Below the pieces are notes generated by a model. The model had not been told where the DNA came from. It did not search any database and saw only the letters and a program-made list of their open reading frames with translations. A DNA stretch of 64,000 nucleotides. Source: an uncultured virus (IMG/VR IMGVR_UViG_3300030019_000024). Its lineage: Duplodnaviria > Heunggongvirae > Uroviricota > Caudoviricetes. Within the stretch, counting starts at the first letter, position 1. Every line of letters begins with the position of its first letter. The DNA lies in the IMG/VR virus record IMGVR_UViG_3300030019_000024; one strand, 5' to 3'. Shown here piece after piece: positions 59,697-64,000 of the stretch. The position numbers and the translations under genes were made by a program.

Positions 59697-59771
59697 GGTG
59701 AAAGGCGGGTCTCGAACCCGTGACCTTCTGAACCACAATCAGACGCTCTAACCAACTGAGCTACAATCACC
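59697..59771 (-). tRNA. tRNA-His(GTG)
   Basis: TCTGA-TTGTGGT-TCAGA; G-1:C73. Confidence 0.9.
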
Positions 59772-59798
59772 ATATATACTTATTTTTCAATAAGTTTG

Positions 59799-59872
59799 TC
59801 GGGATGAAAGGACTCAAACCTTCAATAACCTTGTGACCAAAACAAGTAACCTCATCAATGGATCGCATCCCG
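59799..59872 (-). tRNA. tRNA-Pro(TGG), atypical D arm
   Basis: CTTGT-TTTGGTC-ACAAG; C1-G72, A73. Confidence 0.7.
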
Positions 59873-59880
59873 ATATTTAG

Positions 59881-59953
59881 TAGAGTAGACAGGGCTCGAA
59901 CCTGCGACCTCAACATCCCAAATGTTGTAATCTTCCAACTGATATACTACTCT
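59881..59953 (-). tRNA. tRNA-Pro(TGG)
   Basis: CAACA-TTTGGGA-TGTTG. Confidence 0.85.
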
Positions 59954-59958
59954 ATGTG

Positions 59959-60048
59959 GGTGAATAACGAGGCTCGAACTCGCAGGGACCTTTTTTAAAG
60001 GTTCAGGGGCCACAACCCTATCGGATACCATTACCGTTTATATTCACC
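59959..60048 (-). tRNA. tRNA-His(GTG) with long variable arm
   Basis: TAGGG-TTGTGGC-CCCTG; variable hairpin ACCTTT-AAA-AAAGGT; G-1:C73. Confidence 0.8.
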
Positions 60049-60075
60049 ATATTAACTTATTTTACAATAAGTTTG

Positions 60076-60148
60076 TCGGGATGACAGGGCTCAAACCTGC
60101 GACTTCTTGCTCCCAAAGCAAGCACTCTTTCCACTGAGCTACATCCCG
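60076..60148 (-). tRNA. tRNA-Pro(TGG)
   Basis: CTTGC-TTTGGGA-GCAAG. Confidence 0.9.
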
Positions 60149-60187
60149 TTATATTTGTCCAAAATGTCAAAGAACTAATTTTTTTTG

Positions 60188-60259
60188 TGTTTCCAAAGGG
60201 ATTCAAACCCTTATCGTCTGGTCCGTAGCCAAGTGTTCTATTCGTTGAACTATGGAAAC
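60188..60259 (-). tRNA. tRNA-Arg(ACG), first gene of the array
   Basis: Loop CTACGGA. Confidence 0.85.
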
Positions 60260-60265
60260 ATATTT

Positions 60266-60307
60266 AAAAAAGAAAAACCCAATTCAAGTTTCGTTGAATT
60301 GGGTTTT
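60266..60307 (-). terminator. Intrinsic terminator (attenuator) immediately upstream of the tRNA array
   Basis: AAAACCCAATTCAA-CGAAAC-TTGAATTGGGTTTT-TCTTTTTT, ending 6 nt before tRNA-Arg(ACG). Confidence 0.85.
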
Positions 60308-60331
60308 GCATATTTCGTTTTATAATCTATC

Positions 60332-60448
60332 TTACATAATAATTATGTTTTTAGTTATACGATTACACGTACCCAATCCAGTGCCACGACCTCCTTGAGG
60401 TAGTTGTGTTGGTTGTAAATGCGCCATATGTAATCTAACTGTTGTCAT
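60332..60448 (-). CDS. Putative attenuator leader peptide (38 aa) of the tRNA operon
   Basis: MTTVRLHMAHLQPTQLPQGGRGTGLGTCNRITKNIIIM; codons match array anticodons; A-rich translation initiation region. Confidence 0.75.
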   Translation of the reverse strand: MTTVRLHMAHLQPTQLPQGGRGTGLGTCNRITKNIIIM

Positions 60449-60529
60449 AATATTAATTTTTACTTGTTTTGTTATTTTTATATATTTAATCAGAAAAGTC
60501 GTTTTTTTCCATTTTTTCTGATTGTGATA

Positions 60530-60561
60530 CAAAGGTAATACAAATTTTCCGAATTACCAAA
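60530..60561 (-). promoter_or_regulatory. Bacteroidota sigma70-type promoter for leader/tRNA operon
   Basis: TTTG-20 nt-TACCTTTG on minus strand. Confidence 0.8.
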
Positions 60562-60691
60562 TGTTTTTCAATTTATTTTCATTTATTTTAAAAATATACT
60601 TATTATAGTATGTTTAATTTAAAAAGTTTGATTTATTATTGAATAAATACGTTTTATTTTTGAAATAGACTTTTTATTTCTATTTTCTTTA

Positions 60692-60723
60692 CAAAGATAA
60701 TACAAATAATTGGATTATACAAA
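60692..60723 (-). promoter_or_regulatory. Second Bacteroidota sigma70-type promoter
   Basis: TTTG-20 nt-TATCTTTG on minus strand. Confidence 0.75.
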
Positions 60724-60730
60724 TATTATA

Positions 60731-61510
60731 TCAATCAATACCTAAATTAAATTTTCTTGCCCAGAAGCATCCTTTATTTAATGCTACTTTTACATCAAAC
60801 CCATCTAAAATTTTTGGGTGGTGTTTATTTTCTGACCAATCTATATAACGTAGGTTATTATTTACGATTGTGTCTTTAAAATCGGAATTCATCAATACTG
60901 TTTGGAAATACATTTCATCGGGTATTTGTGAAAATTTAAAAAAATCATAAAAATATTCTTTTTTTGAAAAATCTTCATATAAAAATAATAGACAGTCATG
61001 TGTTATCGAAAACCATTGTGATCCATCATAATATTTTATATTGATATTAAAAATCCTTTTATCCCCTAAAAATTTCCAAGATTCATCAATATCCCATGAT
61101 TTAGAAATTCTACTAAACTTTGGTTTATTTGGTAATAAATCATGGTATTCTATATAATTTTTTCCATTATTTTTTATGAAAAAATCATCTATTACATTTC
61201 TACTTACGATAGGTAGACATGAATTACTTAATAGGTGTATATAATCAGCATTAAATCCACTTTTTAAATATTCGTCAAATAATTCAAAGGTAGCTTCAAT
61301 CATACTGAATCCACCCCATTTTACTTGAACACGTTTTTTTATAAATATTACATTATCTGAAAATTCAGATAAAGCACTTTTAAACACATCAATATATGAT
61401 TTAGCATCTATATGTATAAAAATTATATCATTTTTATTAGTTAGTGTTGAAATCAACTGTCTTAATTGATTTGGTTTATCATGTGCTAAAATTAAGTAAG
61501 CAAATTTCAT
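60731..61510 (-). CDS. Glycosyltransferase family 14 (Core-2/I-branching-like), paralog 1
   Basis: AYLILAH, FIHIDAK, V.WGGFSMIEAT, GSQWFSIT, IPDEMYFQT, NLRYIDW, ARKF. Confidence 0.9.
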   Translation of the reverse strand: MKFAYLILAHDKPNQLRQLISTLTNKNDIIFIHIDAKSYIDVFKSALSEFSDNVIFIKKRVQVKWGGFSMIEATFELFDEYLKSGFNADYIHLLSNSCLPIVSRNVIDDFFIKNNGKNYIEYHDLLPNKPKFSRISKSWDIDESWKFLGDKRIFNINIKYYDGSQWFSITHDCLLFLYEDFSKKEYFYDFFKFSQIPDEMYFQTVLMNSDFKDTIVNNNLRYIDWSENKHHPKILDGFDVKVALNKGCFWARKFNLGID

Positions 61511-61528
61511 TCTTAATCTTTTTTTTTA

Positions 61529-62302
61529 TTACATCCCTAAATCAAATTTTCTCCCCCAAAAACAGCAAGTATTTAATGCTATTTTTAAATCATCATCATT
61601 CAATGTTTTAGGATGTTTATTTTTTTCAGACCAATCTATATAACGTAAATTATTATTTACTATTGTGTTTTTAAATTCCGTATTTAATAGTATTGTTTGA
61701 AAATACATTTCATCTGGTATTTGTATATACTTAAATTTTTCATTATATACACCATTATTATATATATTATATAAATATTCTAAACACTCATTTGTTATAG
61801 AAAACCACTGTGAACCCTTATAATATTTAATATTGTTATCATATTTTTCATTTATTCCATCATATATAATTTCACTATCTTTTAAAATCCATTTATATAA
61901 ATATCTATAAGAAAAATTATCATATATATTTACCAATTCATAATTTAGATAATTTTTATTATTGTTACAGAAGAATTTTTTAATTTCATCATTTGGTTTT
62001 ATCGGTAAGCATACACCACTTATTAGATGAATATAATTAGCATTAAATTTACTATTTAGATAACATTCAAAAAGTTTTATAGTTGCTTCTACCATACTGA
62101 ATGTACCCCAATGTATATCAATTCTATCATCAAGAAAAATAACATCATTTTTATATTTTTCTAATGCATTATGAAAAATATTAATATCACATTTTTTATC
62201 AAGGTGTATAAAAATTTTAGTATCTTCATTTAAAATTGAAGATACTAAATAATTTAATTGATTAGGTTTTTCATGTGCTAATATTAAATATGCAAATTTC
62301 AT
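61529..62302 (-). CDS. Glycosyltransferase family 14, paralog 2
   Basis: Same motifs as 60731-61510. Confidence 0.9.
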   Translation of the reverse strand: MKFAYLILAHEKPNQLNYLVSSILNEDTKIFIHLDKKCDINIFHNALEKYKNDVIFLDDRIDIHWGTFSMVEATIKLFECYLNSKFNANYIHLISGVCLPIKPNDEIKKFFCNNNKNYLNYELVNIYDNFSYRYLYKWILKDSEIIYDGINEKYDNNIKYYKGSQWFSITNECLEYLYNIYNNGVYNEKFKYIQIPDEMYFQTILLNTEFKNTIVNNNLRYIDWSEKNKHPKTLNDDDLKIALNTCCFWGRKFDLGM

Positions 62303-62317
62303 GTTACTATATTGTTT

Positions 62318-63001
62318 TTATATGTCTAATATTCTTTTAGCTATTTGCATGGTGGAATACACATCTTTTTCACAGTATGTTTTAATACGTTCTAAATCAT
62401 TGTTATACCAATACGTATGATGAACTTCACTTCCATTTATGTCATCTTTTGGTGATTCTATACCTAATTCATAACAAACTTCATCTAAAGAATTATAATA
62501 TTTTGCACCGAATTTCCATTTATCAGCTAAATCAAATGTTCTTACTTCCCAAGGTTTCTTATCATATACATTCAATATAGATGGTATTGGTAAATCATAT
62601 TTATGTAATTTATGTATTAACCAAGGAATATCGAACCCATTTATAACATATCCCGATAATAACATGTCTTTATCAGAAACTTTACTAAATAATTTTGAAA
62701 CTTGTCTCATTATTTCATATTCTTCATCACCATATATTGAATTAACTGTATATCCATCTTCATTTTTATTTGTAAAATATCCAAATGATACACACACAAC
62801 TTTACCAAAAGTAGAAAACAAACCAGCATATTCTTCATATGCTTCTTCGACAGTTGATTTATTTTCTTTCATCCAATCATTTTTATTATACTTCTTTTCA
62901 AAAAGTTCTGCACCCTTTGCATCAGCATTTTTATAACTTATGAAATCTTTAAACTTACCAGTTGTTTCTATATCGAAATAAAATAAATTTTTATATTCCA
63001 T
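62318..63001 (-). CDS. DEDDy 3'-5' exonuclease (PolB-exo-like)
   Basis: FDIET, NGFDIP, YCEKDV. Confidence 0.85.
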   Translation of the reverse strand: MEYKNLFYFDIETTGKFKDFISYKNADAKGAELFEKKYNKNDWMKENKSTVEEAYEEYAGLFSTFGKVVCVSFGYFTNKNEDGYTVNSIYGDEEYEIMRQVSKLFSKVSDKDMLLSGYVINGFDIPWLIHKLHKYDLPIPSILNVYDKKPWEVRTFDLADKWKFGAKYYNSLDEVCYELGIESPKDDINGSEVHHTYWYNNDLERIKTYCEKDVYSTMQIAKRILDI

Positions 63002-63476
63002 TTTTAACTTTATTAATTTTTTTGCTTCTTAAATATATTTTAGTGAAGTAGTCTTTTTCTATTACTTCATCGCTTATATAACTAATACAATCACTACATG
63101 GTGTACATGAATCATCATAACGTTTTTTTATTCTACATGCATCATAAAAATCATGATCTTCAATTGAGTCATGTCTATGTGGACAATTCTTTTTAATAAA
63201 TCCAATAAATTTAATTTCATCATTTATTGAAGTGGTTCTATCCTTAGCAGTTTTCAAATCTATTTTAACAGTAAAGTCAGATAAACTACTAACTTTAACT
63301 TCTATATCACTTTCATTATCTTTTAAAATATTGTTCACTTCATTTGAACCTTTAACGTGTATAACAGTGAATTCGTGATATTGAGTAAAGACACAATATT
63401 CTATTCTTATTTCCTTTAGTGATATAACAATATCACCTTCAATTACTTTCATGTTTTTATAAATTGGTATAATCAT
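62991..63476 (-). CDS. Hypothetical protein with Cys cluster and C-terminal motif
   Basis: CPH...C...C.PC..C; YLRSKKINKVK. Confidence 0.55.
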   Translation of the reverse strand: MIIPIYKNMKVIEGDIVISLKEIRIEYCVFTQYHEFTVIHVKGSNEVNNILKDNESDIEVKVSSLSDFTVKIDLKTAKDRTTSINDEIKFIGFIKKNCPHRHDSIEDHDFYDACRIKKRYDDSCTPCSDCISYISDEVIEKDYFTKIYLRSKKINKVKNGI

Positions 63477-63496
63477 AATGTACTTTTTATTTTATA

Positions 63497-64000
63497 TTAA
63501 ATACTAATTAGATTTTTATAAGTTTCAAATAAATCAGTTGGTGTTAATACTTCACCCTTATTATTTATACATTTTACTATTTTATAGTTTGCGAAATCAA
63601 CCAAACCTAAGTACAAATCCCTTACTCTTGATTGTAATTCTAAATCTTGTTCATGTATATCAGCAGTACCGTTTAAATAATCCCTATCTTCACCTGTGCG
63701 ATTTGATTCTAATCTTTCTTTTATTACATCAATTGGTAAATCAAAATATATAATTAAATCGGGATATGGTAATTGTAAGAATTTAAATTCAAAGTCATCA
63801 ATCCATTTAACAATACCTTGTTTCTTTTCATCATCTTCATATTTAGCACCTTGAAATGCCATGTTTGAAAAAACGTATCTATCTAATACAACGTAATCAT
63901 ATTCATCTAAGTGTTTTAATAGTTCTATTTTATACTTATATCTATCCATTGCATAAATGTTTGCTACAAATAAGGGATCAACTTCATCAGCAGAACCATA
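63497..64000 (-). CDS. tmk: Thymidylate kinase (5' end outside window)
   Basis: YAMDR, VLDRYVFSNMAFQG, PDLIIYFD, DIHE; frame open to window edge. Confidence 0.85.
   Translation of the reverse strand, partial: YGSADEVDPLFVANIYAMDRYKYKIELLKHLDEYDYVVLDRYVFSNMAFQGAKYEDDEKKQGIVKWIDDFEFKFLQLPYPDLIIYFDLPIDVIKERLESNRTGEDRDYLNGTADIHEQDLELQSRVRDLYLGLVDFANYKIVKCINNKGEVLTPTDLFETYKNLISI

Noticed and set aside
60449..60532. N-terminal extension of the leader ORF to 66 aa as in the ORF track
   Set aside because: Its TTG start overlaps the promoter -7 element; the ATG at 60448 has the typical A-rich context
6764..63753. Numerous short antisense ORFs in the track (e.g. 9833, 22003, 30232, 30707, 38289, 51649, 62664)
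   Set aside because: They lie opposite well-supported genes and have Ser/Leu/Ile/Phe-rich shadow composition
1..64000. Stop-codon reassignment as in Lak/crAss-like phages
   Set aside because: Long conserved genes such as terL are intact in the standard code, coding density is high, and no suppressor (CTA/TCA anticodon) tRNA is in the array

Overview
Very AT-rich, gene-dense segment of a large (jumbo/mega-type) tailed phage genome read in the standard code. It carries T4-like morphogenesis genes (large terminase, gp25-like wedge, gp14-like neck domain, repeat-rich structural proteins), nucleotide-metabolism genes, a GmrSD-like nuclease, a putative type II R-M pair, ankyrin, NFACT-R, macro and GT14 genes, and a minus-strand array of 20 tRNAs plus one tRNA-like RNA interrupted by an HNH gene. 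Repeated TTTG-N19/20-TAnCTTTG promoters point to a Bacteroidota host. The main observation is a 38-codon leader ORF (60448-60332) directly upstream of the tRNA array. Its codons 2-27 are almost exclusively those read by the array's tRNAs, it is followed by an intrinsic terminator, and it contains a complementary antiterminator. This fits a ribosome-dependent attenuator that would switch on the phage tRNA operon when those tRNAs are depleted. Other notable features: tRNAs with A34 anticodons or unexpected long variable arms; a co-regulated cassette of low-complexity proteins, each with the same 5' hairpin and one with an A10 frameshift; and two shared terminal peptide signals (N-terminal capsid-targeting-like, C-terminal RxxK[IL]xx[IL]). 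All calls are by eye from motifs; no database searches or folding programs were run.
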